Below, piece after piece: positions 9,495 to 20,500 of a stretch of 64,000 nucleotides of DNA (position 1 is the first letter of the stretch; each line of letters starts with the position of its first letter). This DNA comes from a virus. Location: IMG/VR virus record IMGVR_UViG_3300037549_000096. The stretch is one strand, 5' to 3'. The notes beneath the pieces are model-generated. The model had not been told where the DNA came from and did no database searches. It was given only the letters and a program-made list of their open reading frames with translations. Both the position numbers and the translations under genes were made by a program.

Positions 9495-10553
9495 ATGATT
9501 GAATCTAAGAAATACAAACTATCAGAAAGCGCGAAATCATATTATGAACAACTTTATAAACAAGTAAGTGAGTCAAAATATAAATATCTTACTAATCCTT
9601 GTGGTGAGATTACCTTAAGAGCTTCTGGTGGCTATTGTATTATATCTGACATAGTTCCTTTTCATTGTGATACGTTAGAGGAAGTATTAGATGTTGGTAG
9701 AATTGCCGCTAGATTCTTAATTCGTGTTAATACAATGGATTCACTTTATAGTGATGAAACTAAACGAACTAATCGTATTAGTGTTTGTATTACTGGTATT
9801 CATGAATTCGCTTGGAAGTTCTTTGGATTAGGTTTTAGAGACATTTTAAATCCTGATTGGAATAAAGCATTTTGGCAATTCATCAATAAACTTGGTAGAG
9901 CTATTGAAGAAGCAGCAAAAGCTTATTGTTTAGAACTTGGAATTGAATGTCCTCATACTTATTTAGCGATTAAACCTTCCGGTTCTGTGTCTAAACTATT
10001 CGCTCTTACCGAAGGCGCGCATTTACCTTCAATGGTAGCATATATGCGTTGGGTTCAATTCCAGAATGGTGATCCTTTAATTCAAAAATATATGGATCGT
10101 GGTTATCCTGTACTTCCGTGTAACTCTTATCCTAATATGACAAGAGTTGGATTTCCTACCGTTCCTGCTATTACTAAATTAGGAATGGGTGATAAATTAG
10201 TAACAGCTAATGAAGCTACGCCAGAAGAACAGTATCAATATCTTATGTTATTAGAAAAACACTGGCTTGGAGAAGGTAACAACCAGATTTCATATACGCT
10301 TAAATTTAATAAAGATAAAGTAACCCGCGAAGAATTTAGCGAAATGCTGGAAAAATATCAGTCACAGATTAGGTGCTGCGCTGTTATGCCCTCTGTTAAC
10401 GAAGAAGAATTGAAGTCACGTTATGAGTATCTTCCTGAAGAAAGTATTACTATGTCTGACCTTTTGAATATTATATCTAACATTAACGATCCTGATATGG
10501 ATCAAGTGTTAGATCCAGAGACTTTAGTTTGTGCAGGTGCATGTCCTTTATAG
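9495..10553 (+). CDS. nrdJ: Class II ribonucleotide reductase, C-terminal half of a split gene
   Basis: TNPCGEI (thiyl radical Cys), GGYC, KPSGSVSKL, C-terminal CAGAC; own GAGG RBS; in-frame TAG two codons upstream. Confidence 0.88.
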   Translation: MIESKKYKLSESAKSYYEQLYKQVSESKYKYLTNPCGEITLRASGGYCIISDIVPFHCDTLEEVLDVGRIAARFLIRVNTMDSLYSDETKRTNRISVCITGIHEFAWKFFGLGFRDILNPDWNKAFWQFINKLGRAIEEAAKAYCLELGIECPHTYLAIKPSGSVSKLFALTEGAHLPSMVAYMRWVQFQNGDPLIQKYMDRGYPVLPCNSYPNMTRVGFPTVPAITKLGMGDKLVTANEATPEEQYQYLMLLEKHWLGEGNNQISYTLKFNKDKVTREEFSEMLEKYQSQIRCCAVMPSVNEEELKSRYEYLPEESITMSDLLNIISNINDPDMDQVLDPETLVCAGACPL

Positions 10554-10587
10554 GTTTATGAAATTGTTTTTTAGCTATTTAACACCA

Positions 10588-10615
10588 AAAGAGCCGAATT
10601 TATCTTCGGCTCTTT
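10588..10615 (+). terminator. Intrinsic terminator
   Basis: AAAGAGCCGAA-6 nt-TTCGGCTCTTT. Confidence 0.75.
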
Positions 10616-10641
10616 GCATATCTAAACTACTATGATATAAT
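10613..10641 (+). promoter_or_regulatory. Extended -10 promoter
   Basis: TGATATAAT at 10633-10641 with TTTGCA/TTGCAT 16-17 bp upstream. Confidence 0.6.
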
Positions 10642-10658
10642 TGATTCAGGAGTACATT

Positions 10659-10985
10659 ATGATTGTTAAATTAGCTGGATTTATTCCGAAAGCTACTGGA
10701 TTTATACCTAAAGCAATTGAAGGATTAGGATTATCTAATCTATCTAAAAAGTTAGCCGGGAATCCAGGTTTAGTTAGTAAGATTCAGAATGCATCTTTAA
10801 TTCCGACTATCGCTTTAGGTGATGGTGCCGTGAAAGCTATGGACGCAAAACCTGGAGAGTCAAAAATAAAAGCATTTGGTAAAGGTGCTGCTCAAGGTGC
10901 ATTTGCTGGTGCGCTTATTGGTGGTGCAGATCAATTAGTAAATACTTTAGCTCATCATGGCGCTACTAAATTAATAGCTAAATAA
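10659..10985 (+). CDS. MIVKLA-tagged glycine-zipper protein
   Basis: AGGAG RBS before ATG 10659; starts MIVKLA; GFIPKA occurs twice; GKGAAQGAFAGALIGG. Confidence 0.75.
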   Translation: MIVKLAGFIPKATGFIPKAIEGLGLSNLSKKLAGNPGLVSKIQNASLIPTIALGDGAVKAMDAKPGESKIKAFGKGAAQGAFAGALIGGADQLVNTLAHHGATKLIAK

Positions 10986-10999
10986 GGTATTAAACCTAA

Positions 11000-12445
11000 A
11001 TGAGTGATCTTTTTTGTTCTACACTTAATGAATTAAGACTAACTTCTGTTAGTGGATTAGATAATCTTACAACCGCTTATGTAGGTACATTAAGAAGTCT
11101 TTTTATATGGGTTAATAATGAAGGCGGTACAGATGATAATCAAACTGTTATCACTCCTTCTAATAATCCACCTTCAGGAAGATGGATTTGTCCACAAGCT
11201 CCTATAATTCCTAATCAAACAACACCTTGGAACTTAGTAGATAAAACTGGATCTAAACTAAGTGATCTTAGTATTAGATCTGCTACTGATTTAGACTCAG
11301 GTACAATACATTATTTACGTTTACCTGATGGTGTTCCTTATTTTAATCCTGCTCCACCTTTAATGATTTTAACTACAGATAATAGTGGTAATTATCAGTT
11401 AACACATATTAACGTTTCTCAGTTAGATGGTTTAGTTCCTTTTGGTAAAATTGATTGGACTAATTTTGATCCTAATACTATTGGAGCCGAATCTTTAATA
11501 GTATTTAATCCTAATCAGTTTGATGTAGATGCTTTTAATAATGTATCTATTAAATTAATGTCGAATAATCAAGCAGGTTTAGCGATTCCAGGCGAAGGAA
11601 TTATATCAGATACTCAAGGAAGAATTAATGTTATATATGGAACAGGCCCTAGTCAAGCTTTAGAAGGTACTACTCCTTTAGGCGGTGATTTAAGTGGCGA
11701 ACATTCTACTGCTGTAGTTGATGCTTTACGTAATGTTCCATTAACTTTCTTTTTTAATGAATTAGAAGATAAAGATGGTTATATTTTAAGATTAAATAGT
11801 TCTAACCATAGTACGCCGTTCTTTTATCTTTCTCCTGGTGGTAGTGGTGGTAACGGTAATGTCTTTAGTATTGAATTTAATTGTTCTACTCCAATTGCAG
11901 AGATTGGACAAACTGTTTCTAATCTTTTATTTAATGCTGCTTATAGTGGAACTGTAACAAGTGCTACTCTGACTGATACATTAGGACATTCTACTAATTT
12001 AACAAGCCCTTATACTTCGGTTGTTTCACCTTATTCATTTACTGAAAATACACAAACAAGCATTACATTTACTTTATCTATCTTAGATTCAGAAAGCGCA
12101 AGCCATGAAGCAACTACAGAAGTTTCTTGGTTGCCACGAATTTATTGGGGATCATATATAGCTACTACTGATTATATAAGTTTAATCAACGGTCTACAAT
12201 ATTCGCAATTAGCCTCAACCCGTAATGGCAGTTTCACAGCAAATCCTGGTTTAAGTGAATATATTTATTATGCTGTACCTTCTAGTTTTGGGTCTGCTAT
12301 TCTAAGTGTTGGTGATATTGTGGGCGGGATTGAATGTATTGCCTCTTCAATTATGATTACTAATTCGTATGGAATTACAATTCCATACGATATTTATAAG
12401 TCAGATAATGTTGGGTTAGGTCAAACAACAGTGGTGGTTAACTAA
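11000..12445 (+). CDS. Tail fibre/structural protein
   Basis: DDNQTVITP..GRW motif, LGGDLSG fibre motif, beta-rich C-terminal domain. Confidence 0.65.
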   Translation: MSDLFCSTLNELRLTSVSGLDNLTTAYVGTLRSLFIWVNNEGGTDDNQTVITPSNNPPSGRWICPQAPIIPNQTTPWNLVDKTGSKLSDLSIRSATDLDSGTIHYLRLPDGVPYFNPAPPLMILTTDNSGNYQLTHINVSQLDGLVPFGKIDWTNFDPNTIGAESLIVFNPNQFDVDAFNNVSIKLMSNNQAGLAIPGEGIISDTQGRINVIYGTGPSQALEGTTPLGGDLSGEHSTAVVDALRNVPLTFFFNELEDKDGYILRLNSSNHSTPFFYLSPGGSGGNGNVFSIEFNCSTPIAEIGQTVSNLLFNAAYSGTVTSATLTDTLGHSTNLTSPYTSVVSPYSFTENTQTSITFTLSILDSESASHEATTEVSWLPRIYWGSYIATTDYISLINGLQYSQLASTRNGSFTANPGLSEYIYYAVPSSFGSAILSVGDIVGGIECIASSIMITNSYGITIPYDIYKSDNVGLGQTTVVVN

Positions 12446-13075
12446 ATGCCTATTCCGATTATTGCCGAATTAGTTCCTAAGAATGCAGGGCAATTTGCTC
12501 TTTTAGATGATTCTAATATAAGAGGCGGTTTAAGAGTTTGTGCATTATTAAATGATCGTGATAATATTTCAGACGATAAACGTAAAGAAGGAATGCTTGT
12601 TTATGTAATTGAAACAGGATTAATGTATTCTTTAGCTCATGATTTAGTTTCATGGAATCCGGCTTCAGGTTCAGGTGATATTAGCGCATTGGTTTTAACC
12701 GCAGTATTAGCTGGTTATACTTTAGGCTCAGATGGAACTAGTTTACTTTCAACCGATACAATACTTCATGCATTTCAAAAGATTCAAGTTCAAATAAATA
12801 ACAAACAAAGAAAACCTGTAGTATCTCATGTAACTGGAACAACAGTTCTTGATGCATCAACTGATATTTTAATTATAAACTCAGTTGTTAATTGTGATGT
12901 TTTTTTACCTTCTATTTCTGGTAATACATCTTATCGTACTAAAAGTATAGGTTCAGGTATCGCTACCTTAAGACCAAATGGTTTAAATACGGTCGAAAAT
13001 TTACCTTCCTATAGTATCCTAACTAAAAACGCTTTTGATCTTGTATCTTATTCTAATAACTGGTATATTCTCTAA
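12446..13075 (+). CDS. Tail fibre-associated protein
   Basis: RKEGMLVYV domain; shares the TDTILHAFQKIQVQIN module with 13088. Confidence 0.6.
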   Translation: MPIPIIAELVPKNAGQFALLDDSNIRGGLRVCALLNDRDNISDDKRKEGMLVYVIETGLMYSLAHDLVSWNPASGSGDISALVLTAVLAGYTLGSDGTSLLSTDTILHAFQKIQVQINNKQRKPVVSHVTGTTVLDASTDILIINSVVNCDVFLPSISGNTSYRTKSIGSGIATLRPNGLNTVENLPSYSILTKNAFDLVSYSNNWYIL

Positions 13076-13087
13076 GGAGAGACTCTC

Positions 13088-15778
13088 ATGGCTTATATTT
13101 TAAATAGTCCCGTATTTACGGGTAATCCTCAAGCTCCTACTCCTTTAACTGCGGATAATAGCACTAGTCTCGCTACTACTGCATTCGTTAAAGCACAAGG
13201 TTACGGATTAGGTTCTGTAACCGCCATTGGCGTAACTACAGCTAACGGAGTGTCAGGTTCATCTTCGGGTGGATCTACACCTAACTTAACGATTACATTA
13301 GGCGCGATTACTCCGACTAATGTAAATGGTTTAACTTTAACTGCTAACGCAACTGGTTTCCAGATCGCTGGTGGTACGACTAGTAAAACATTGATTGTTC
13401 AGAATAACCTTACTCTCGCTGGTACAGATTTAGCAACTTTGAATATTGGTGGTGGTGGTACTTTAGGTAGTGCTGCTTATACTGCTTCTTCTGCTTATCA
13501 ACCTGTAGCTACTAATTTAACTAGTATTGGTTCATTAGCTAACTCTGCTGGTGTTTTATATAATAATGGTTCTGGAACATTTACTTATGCTGTTTTAGGT
13601 GGAACTGCTCAAGCTGATGCAGGTGCAGGAAGTAATGGAACTGGAACTGCTGTTGCTTTAGCTAATCACGTTCACCCTCTTAGTACTGCTTATGAACCAG
13701 CTTTAGGTAATCCTGGAACTAATGGCTGGATTTTATCTTCAACTACAGCCGGAGTTAGAAGCTGGATAGCGATGACAGCGGGTTTCTCTAACCCAATGAC
13801 AACAACTGGCGATATAATGATCGCTAATCCAACAACTACCGCAGTTAGATTAGGTATTGGTACAACTGGATATGTTTTGACTGTTGTTGGTGGTTTACCT
13901 GCATGGTCTAACACTCCTACCTTAACTGGTACAAATTTTAGTGGTATTGGTAATAGTGCATTAACTAACAATACGGTTACAATTGGCTCTACTTCAGTTG
14001 CTCTTGGTGCTACTGTTACTACGTTTGTTGGTTTAGTATCTGTAACTTCTACTACGTTTGTTGGTGCTTTAACTGGTAACGCTTCAACTTCAACATCATT
14101 AGCAGGTGGTTCTACTGGTGCTTTAGTTTATCAAAGTGGTGCTGGCGCCACAGCTTTCTTAGCTGCTGGTACTTCTTCACAAGTCTTAGTTGGTGGTGCT
14201 TCACTTCCCGCTTGGTCTAATACACCTACATTAACTGGTACTAATTTTACTGGTATTCCCGAATCTGCCGTAACTAACTTAACAACTGACTTAAGTAATA
14301 GAGTATTAATTTCTTCTGTTGGTGTTGCTAATGGCGTTGCTTCACTTGACTCTGGTGGTCATGTACCTTTAGCTCAATTACCTACTGCTATTCAAGGCGC
14401 TTTACAGTATCAAGGTACTTGGAATGCCTCTACAAACACTTCTCCTGCTTTAGCTTCAGGTGTTGGTACTAAAGGTTATTATTATAAAGTATCAGTAGCA
14501 GGTACTACTACTATTGATACTGTCTCTAACTGGAATGTTGGAGATATGATCGTATTCGATGGAACTACCTGGGATAAGATAGATGGTCCTGCTGAAGCTG
14601 TTATTAGCGTTAACGGTTCTATTGGTGCTGTAACGGTAGCAGCAACTAACCAGACCATGTATTTAGGTACTACTGCTTTAACTATTAACGCTACTACTGG
14701 TACACAAAATACTATAGCCGGTATGACTTCAATTACATCAACAACTTTTGTTGGTGCTTTAACTGGTAATGCTTCTACAGCTACTTCATTAAGCGCGGGT
14801 GCTACTGGTTCATTACCTTATCAGTCTGGTGCGGGTGTTACTGCTTATTTAGCAGCGGGTACAGCTTCTCAAGTCTTAATTGGTGGCGCTTCATTACCTG
14901 CCTGGACTAATACTCCTACTTTAACAGGTACTAACTTCACAGGTATTCCTGGTACTGCTATTAATAGTATTGTTGCTACAGCTACATTAGCTTCTACTTC
15001 TACTATAGCTAATGATAATGCTACTAATGCTTCTATGTATCTTACCTGGGTTACTGCTACTACAGGTTCTTTAGCTCTTAAGACTACTACTGCTATTGCC
15101 GTTAATCCTTCGACTGGTATTTTAAGTGCTACTGGCTTTGCTGGTTCTGGTTCTGGTTTAACTTCATTAACTGCTGGTAATTTAAGTGGTACTATTCCTT
15201 CAGGTGTTTTAGGTAACTCTACTGTTTATATTGGTACGACCGCAGTAGCCTTAAATAGAGCCTCTGCCGCTTTAGTTCTCACTGGTATTACTTCAATTGA
15301 TGGTTCTGCTGCTTCTATTAGTGGTAACTTAACTGGTGACGTAACTTCGGTAGGTATGACTACTAGTTTAGCTGCTTCTGTTGTAATGGGTAAAACCTTA
15401 ACTGGTTATAGTGCTGGATCTGATTATACTCAATTAGCTTCTACTGATACATTATTACAAGCTTATCAAAAATTACAATATCAAATTAATGTTAGTATTC
15501 TTCAAGGTATTTCTACTAAGACTACTACTTATAACCCTGTAGTTGTGACTGATAAATTTATTCGTTTAGATGCTACTGGTGGTGCATTTAACGTTACTTT
15601 AATGGCCGCGCCTCCTACTGGTTATTGGTGCGTATTTAAGAAGATTGATTCTACCGCTAATGCGATTACTATTTCTGGTAATGGTAAAACAATTGATGGT
15701 AATGCTTCTGTTACTATTTCTGCTCAATATAATGCATTAGAACTTCAATACAATGGTACAACTTGGGATATCCTGTAA
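13088..15778 (+). CDS. Long tail fibre protein
   Basis: G/T/S/A-rich; PTP..ADNSTSLATTAFV; YQGTWNASTN..GDMIVFDG..WDKID; ~75-aa internal duplication. Confidence 0.8.
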   Translation: MAYILNSPVFTGNPQAPTPLTADNSTSLATTAFVKAQGYGLGSVTAIGVTTANGVSGSSSGGSTPNLTITLGAITPTNVNGLTLTANATGFQIAGGTTSKTLIVQNNLTLAGTDLATLNIGGGGTLGSAAYTASSAYQPVATNLTSIGSLANSAGVLYNNGSGTFTYAVLGGTAQADAGAGSNGTGTAVALANHVHPLSTAYEPALGNPGTNGWILSSTTAGVRSWIAMTAGFSNPMTTTGDIMIANPTTTAVRLGIGTTGYVLTVVGGLPAWSNTPTLTGTNFSGIGNSALTNNTVTIGSTSVALGATVTTFVGLVSVTSTTFVGALTGNASTSTSLAGGSTGALVYQSGAGATAFLAAGTSSQVLVGGASLPAWSNTPTLTGTNFTGIPESAVTNLTTDLSNRVLISSVGVANGVASLDSGGHVPLAQLPTAIQGALQYQGTWNASTNTSPALASGVGTKGYYYKVSVAGTTTIDTVSNWNVGDMIVFDGTTWDKIDGPAEAVISVNGSIGAVTVAATNQTMYLGTTALTINATTGTQNTIAGMTSITSTTFVGALTGNASTATSLSAGATGSLPYQSGAGVTAYLAAGTASQVLIGGASLPAWTNTPTLTGTNFTGIPGTAINSIVATATLASTSTIANDNATNASMYLTWVTATTGSLALKTTTAIAVNPSTGILSATGFAGSGSGLTSLTAGNLSGTIPSGVLGNSTVYIGTTAVALNRASAALVLTGITSIDGSAASISGNLTGDVTSVGMTTSLAASVVMGKTLTGYSAGSDYTQLASTDTLLQAYQKLQYQINVSILQGISTKTTTYNPVVVTDKFIRLDATGGAFNVTLMAAPPTGYWCVFKKIDSTANAITISGNGKTIDGNASVTISAQYNALELQYNGTTWDIL

Positions 15779-15781
15779 ACA

Positions 15782-16822
15782 ATGGCTTATATTGTAAATA
15801 GCCCAACGTTTAGCGGGACTGTTACAAGTCTTGGGCCTATTTCGTTAGCGGCTTCCCAAGGTATAGTAGTTGCATCTGGCGCTCCAGGTGTGACTACTAA
15901 TACCTTATATCAAATTGCAGGAACGTTATATTTTAACGGTAATTCTGTTGGTGGTATTGGTGCTTCTTATAGTCAAACAATTGGTAATGGAGCTTTAACT
16001 TCTATTGTTGTTACTCATGGTTTGGGGACTACAGATATAAATGTAACTGTTTGGGAATTAGGTGGTAGTAAACGAAACGTAACTGCTGCTATTGAAATAC
16101 AAAATACTAGTTCTACTCAAATTACTTTAATATTTGCTACTGCTCCTGCTACTAATTCATTACGTGTAGATATTACACCTTTAGGTACTTCTGGTAGTTA
16201 TACGTTAACAGATGACACGGCAACAAATGCTACTTATTACCCAGTAGTAGCTACGGCTTCTGGTGGTTCTACTTTAAAAACTTCATCAACTAAGTTAAGT
16301 TATAATCCATCTACTGGAAATCTCGTATCCACAAGTCATAATAGTGTAGTTATTACTCCACCTGCCACTACTGCTACTTTAACTTTAGCAAATAACTCTT
16401 CTTTAATTACTTCTGGAGCTTATTCTACTACTCTTACGGTTACGGGTACAACTACTTTAACTTTACCTACTAGTGGCACTCTCGCTACTACTTCACAAAT
16501 ACAAGGTGTTACAACTGTAAGTTTTGCTTCTACGATTAATCTAGATTTAACTACTATTCCAGGTCCAGTAGCTAGAATAACTTTAACAGGAACATGTACT
16601 ATAAATATCACTAATGGATCTGATGGTCAAAAAGTATTATTAGAATTACTTCAAAATGGAACGGGAACATACGTGGTTACATTAGGAACTGGTTGGGCTT
16701 ACGGGACTGATATTACAAGTTATACTAATACATTAACAGCCAGTAAGCGAGATATTTTAGGATTAGAATATAATTCATCACTTTCAAAAGCTATGTTAAT
16801 CGCTGTAGCTCACGGATATTAA
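15782..16822 (+). CDS. Tail fibre protein
   Basis: N-term MAYIVNSP matches 13088; shares modules with 17502. Confidence 0.7.
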   Translation: MAYIVNSPTFSGTVTSLGPISLAASQGIVVASGAPGVTTNTLYQIAGTLYFNGNSVGGIGASYSQTIGNGALTSIVVTHGLGTTDINVTVWELGGSKRNVTAAIEIQNTSSTQITLIFATAPATNSLRVDITPLGTSGSYTLTDDTATNATYYPVVATASGGSTLKTSSTKLSYNPSTGNLVSTSHNSVVITPPATTATLTLANNSSLITSGAYSTTLTVTGTTTLTLPTSGTLATTSQIQGVTTVSFASTINLDLTTIPGPVARITLTGTCTINITNGSDGQKVLLELLQNGTGTYVVTLGTGWAYGTDITSYTNTLTASKRDILGLEYNSSLSKAMLIAVAHGY

Positions 16823-16823
16823 T

Positions 16824-17492
16824 ATGGCGATAGCTCTTAGACATTCTTATATAACAAGATCAGTTAAAGTTCAATCTGGTGTAGCTGTTACTGTAGGTGA
16901 TATTATTGTAGTTTTTTTAGGTGGTGCTTCTTCAGTTAATATTACGTCAAGTTGTGCTGATAATTCTAGTGGTGGAACGAATACTTATACTAAACAAACA
17001 GGAACTTATGGATATTTGTTTACTAATGCAGGAATGAGTATTGATGTTTTTACCGCAAAAGCAAAAGCTACTGAAACTCTAACTATTACCGTTACTTCAA
17101 CATTACCTACAGCAGATGATATAGCTGTTCAAGTGATTTCTGGTGCAGCCGCTTCTTCTTATGTAGAAAGTATTGCTTATCAAGATTGTGTCTCTGGTGG
17201 AGGTACATCTTTTACTGGCGCTTCTATTACTACTACAAATGCTAATGATTATTTAGCTTGTTTTTGGGATGCAGATTATAACGGTGTTACCTGGACTGAA
17301 AACGGAGCAGGTTTTACTATTGATAGTCAATCGGTAACTGGAGTTAATAGTTATAGAGTAGTATCTTCTATAGGAACTTATGCAGATAAAGTAACAACAG
17401 GTGCTAATACTCAAGAACCCGCCTGTGTTATGTTAGCTATTAAAGCTGCTGGCTCTAGTTATGATGCTACAAAAATGTTAGCTTGTTTTTAA
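16824..17492 (+). CDS. Fibre tip / receptor-binding beta protein
   Basis: GDIIVV..DNS.G.NTYT beta-sandwich pattern within the fibre cluster. Confidence 0.55.
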   Translation: MAIALRHSYITRSVKVQSGVAVTVGDIIVVFLGGASSVNITSSCADNSSGGTNTYTKQTGTYGYLFTNAGMSIDVFTAKAKATETLTITVTSTLPTADDIAVQVISGAAASSYVESIAYQDCVSGGGTSFTGASITTTNANDYLACFWDADYNGVTWTENGAGFTIDSQSVTGVNSYRVVSSIGTYADKVTTGANTQEPACVMLAIKAAGSSYDATKMLACF

Positions 17493-17501
17493 GGTGTAAT
17501 T

Positions 17502-20500
17502 ATGGCTTTAGCGCAATTACAAGTATCTGATCCTATTTCTACTACCGGATTAACGATAGTAGGTACTACTACAGGAATTATTATACCTTCAGGCGTTCCT
17601 TCTAATGGCACAACTAATGCTTTATATCAAGTAAGTGGAAGTTTATATTTTAATGGTTCAGTTTTAGGCGGCGGTTCCGTAACTCTTACAGACGACAATT
17701 CAACAAATGCTACTTATTATCCAGTTATCGCTACTACGGCTGGCGGATCTACCTTAAAAACAAGTTCTACTAAAATAAGCTTTAATCCTTCAACTGGTAA
17801 TCTTGTAATTGGTGGACCTTTAACTTTAGCCGCTTCACAAGGTATTACTTTACCTAGTGGGGCTCCTGGAACTACTACTAATGCTTTATATAGTGTTAGT
17901 GGAACTTTATACTTTAACGGAACTGCTATTACTGGTGGTACTGGCTTGACTAACCCAATGACAACATTGGGAGATTTTATTTATGGTGGCGCTTCTGGTG
18001 CAGGAACTAGATTAGCTGGTAATATTACGGCTAGACAGCAAATGTTAGTTCAAATGGGAACTGGTACAGTTTCAGCGGCTCCATATTGGATTAATACACC
18101 TGAAATTATTATTACCGGAATGGACCCTACAGGCGCAACTGATTCGACTTCCGCTATCAATACAGCTATAACCGCACTACCCACAAATGGCGGAACATTA
18201 AGAATACCTGATCCTGGTCCAACTGGGTTTTATAGTTTTAATTTAGTATTAACTAAAACTGGTGTAACTATTATTGGTCCTGGAATGTCAAATTCAGGGA
18301 CTAATGGTGGTGGTGCGCCTGTCAGATATTGTCAAGCTTATAATACAACATTACCTGTAATACAAATAGGTAATGATACTTTATCTGTATATACTGATAG
18401 TTGTCATTTAAGAGATTTTTGTTTTTATGGTGGAAATAATAGTAGTCAATATGGATTAACTCTTACAGGCGGCTGTATAGCGGCTTGTTGTGAAGATATT
18501 CAAATTATTAATTTTAGTAATCAGGGCCTTACAATTAAAAATGAAGACGTTACAGAATGTGAATATAGCAAGTTTTATAATCTTCGTATTAACTCAAATA
18601 TAGCTGGTGCTGTTGGTTTAGCTATTTTAGATAAACATGTATCTGGTACTGGCTGGACTAGTGCTATAGATATTATTGGTTTTAGTATTCAGGCTGTTAG
18701 TTATCAAATACTTTGTGATTCAACTCAAGCTAATTTAACAAATGGTTATATCCAAAGTGGTGTTAGCGGTTCTAGCATCATGATTAAAAATTCATATTCT
18801 GGTGCTAATATTCAATATATTGGTTTAGTTTGTGAAAATGTTAATCAAGATGCTGTTGGAACTGGCAATTATAACGTTGGAACTACAGTTAATATTCCAA
18901 CTATAAACTCAACAAATCTACAAGAGTCATCTTGGATATCAGGAGACTTTAGTTCTGGTGGAAATACTTTTGTAGCTCCTATTACTACTACTGGAAGTAT
19001 TACTGGAGGTCTTAAAGCATTAACGGTAGCTAGTGCTACTGGTATTTATGCTGGCAAAGCTGTAATGGTGGTTGGAGCAGGCCCAAACTACCTTAACTTT
19101 GTTTCTTTTGTACAAAGTATTTCAGGAACTACGTTAACATTATTTGATGCCGCTAATTATACAGTAGCAGGAGCTACAGTATATGTAGGAGATATAACTG
19201 GTTTTGAAGCACATTCAATGTTTAATAATAGTGCTGGTTATGTAGGATTTTATCCATTAAATAAAGCTGGTATTAATACAAGTAATGCTCCTATTTTATA
19301 CCAAACAGCTTGTCCTCGGTTAACCGCAGATCAACCCGGTCAAATTGGTCCATGGAATCAATACGGTAATGTGATTTTTGAACAAGGATTATATAATTTT
19401 TATTTATTAGAACAAATAGGAACAGCCGCTACACCTACCTCTATTACTCAATCTGGTTATACTGTAACTGTAACAATGGGGTCTTATGCTGCTCCCGGCG
19501 ATATTGTTGTTATCGGAGGCGTAAAAGAACGTGGTATCAATGGAACTTGGGTAGTTCAAACCGTTCCTGGTGGTTATCAAAACAATTTTACATTTACATG
19601 TAATTTTAGCCAAACATTAGCGGGTGTTACAGGTGTCCCTTTAGTAACAATCTATAAATCTACTAGTTTTGGTGGATCACAAGATGCAGATAATCACCCT
19701 GGATCAATCAATATACCTAGTGGTGAAAAATCAGGTATCTGGTTTAGTAATCCTACTGTAGCTGGTGGTAATTTAGCTAAAACATTATATCAAGACGCTG
19801 GATCAAGTAATTTCTATTTAATGACTCCAGATGCTACTAATGGTATTTTAAATCTTTGGGCCGGGACCGCAATAACAACAGGACCAGTTTTAAATATAGG
19901 TGATTCAGGCGGAACTGTTTTTAGTGTAAGTGGATTAGGTCAAGTTACAGCTAATGGTGCTATTAACAAAGTAACGATTACAGCACCTACTACTTCAGCT
20001 ACATTAACTTTAATTACAGGATCTACTTTAGCTACAAGCACAGCGGCATCCTTAACATTAGCTCTTTCTACTGTAGCTACAACTGTAACTACAATTCCTT
20101 CCGGTACACATAGTTTAGCTATTACAGATGCAGCTAATACATTCTCTGGATTACAAACATTTAGTAATGGTATTACTGTAAATAACACTACTATAACTGC
20201 CCCACAATCTACAGCTTCTCTCGCGTCTTTAACTCTTCCTTTAGGTTCTGCGTCTTACACTGGTGGAACTTTAGGAACAATCTGGAATGATTATACTAGA
20301 CAGACTTTAGGAGTTAATGTAGGAGCTTCTGGTTATCCATTAGTCAATTATTGGTCTGGTGTGATTTGGACTAAAACCGCAGCAACTACTCTATCTAACT
20401 GGACAACCGCAGCTACTATATTAGGTGCCGCCGGTACAGGTGTAGGCACTCTTACTCTTCCTGCTAACTTCTTTGTTGTTGGTAAGACTATTAGATTAAC

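Noticed and set aside
10674-10715. Tandem GFIPKA repeat after the MIVKLA tag as a functional repeat locus
   Set aside because: Only two 21-nt-period copies with synonymous divergence; most simply an old local duplication
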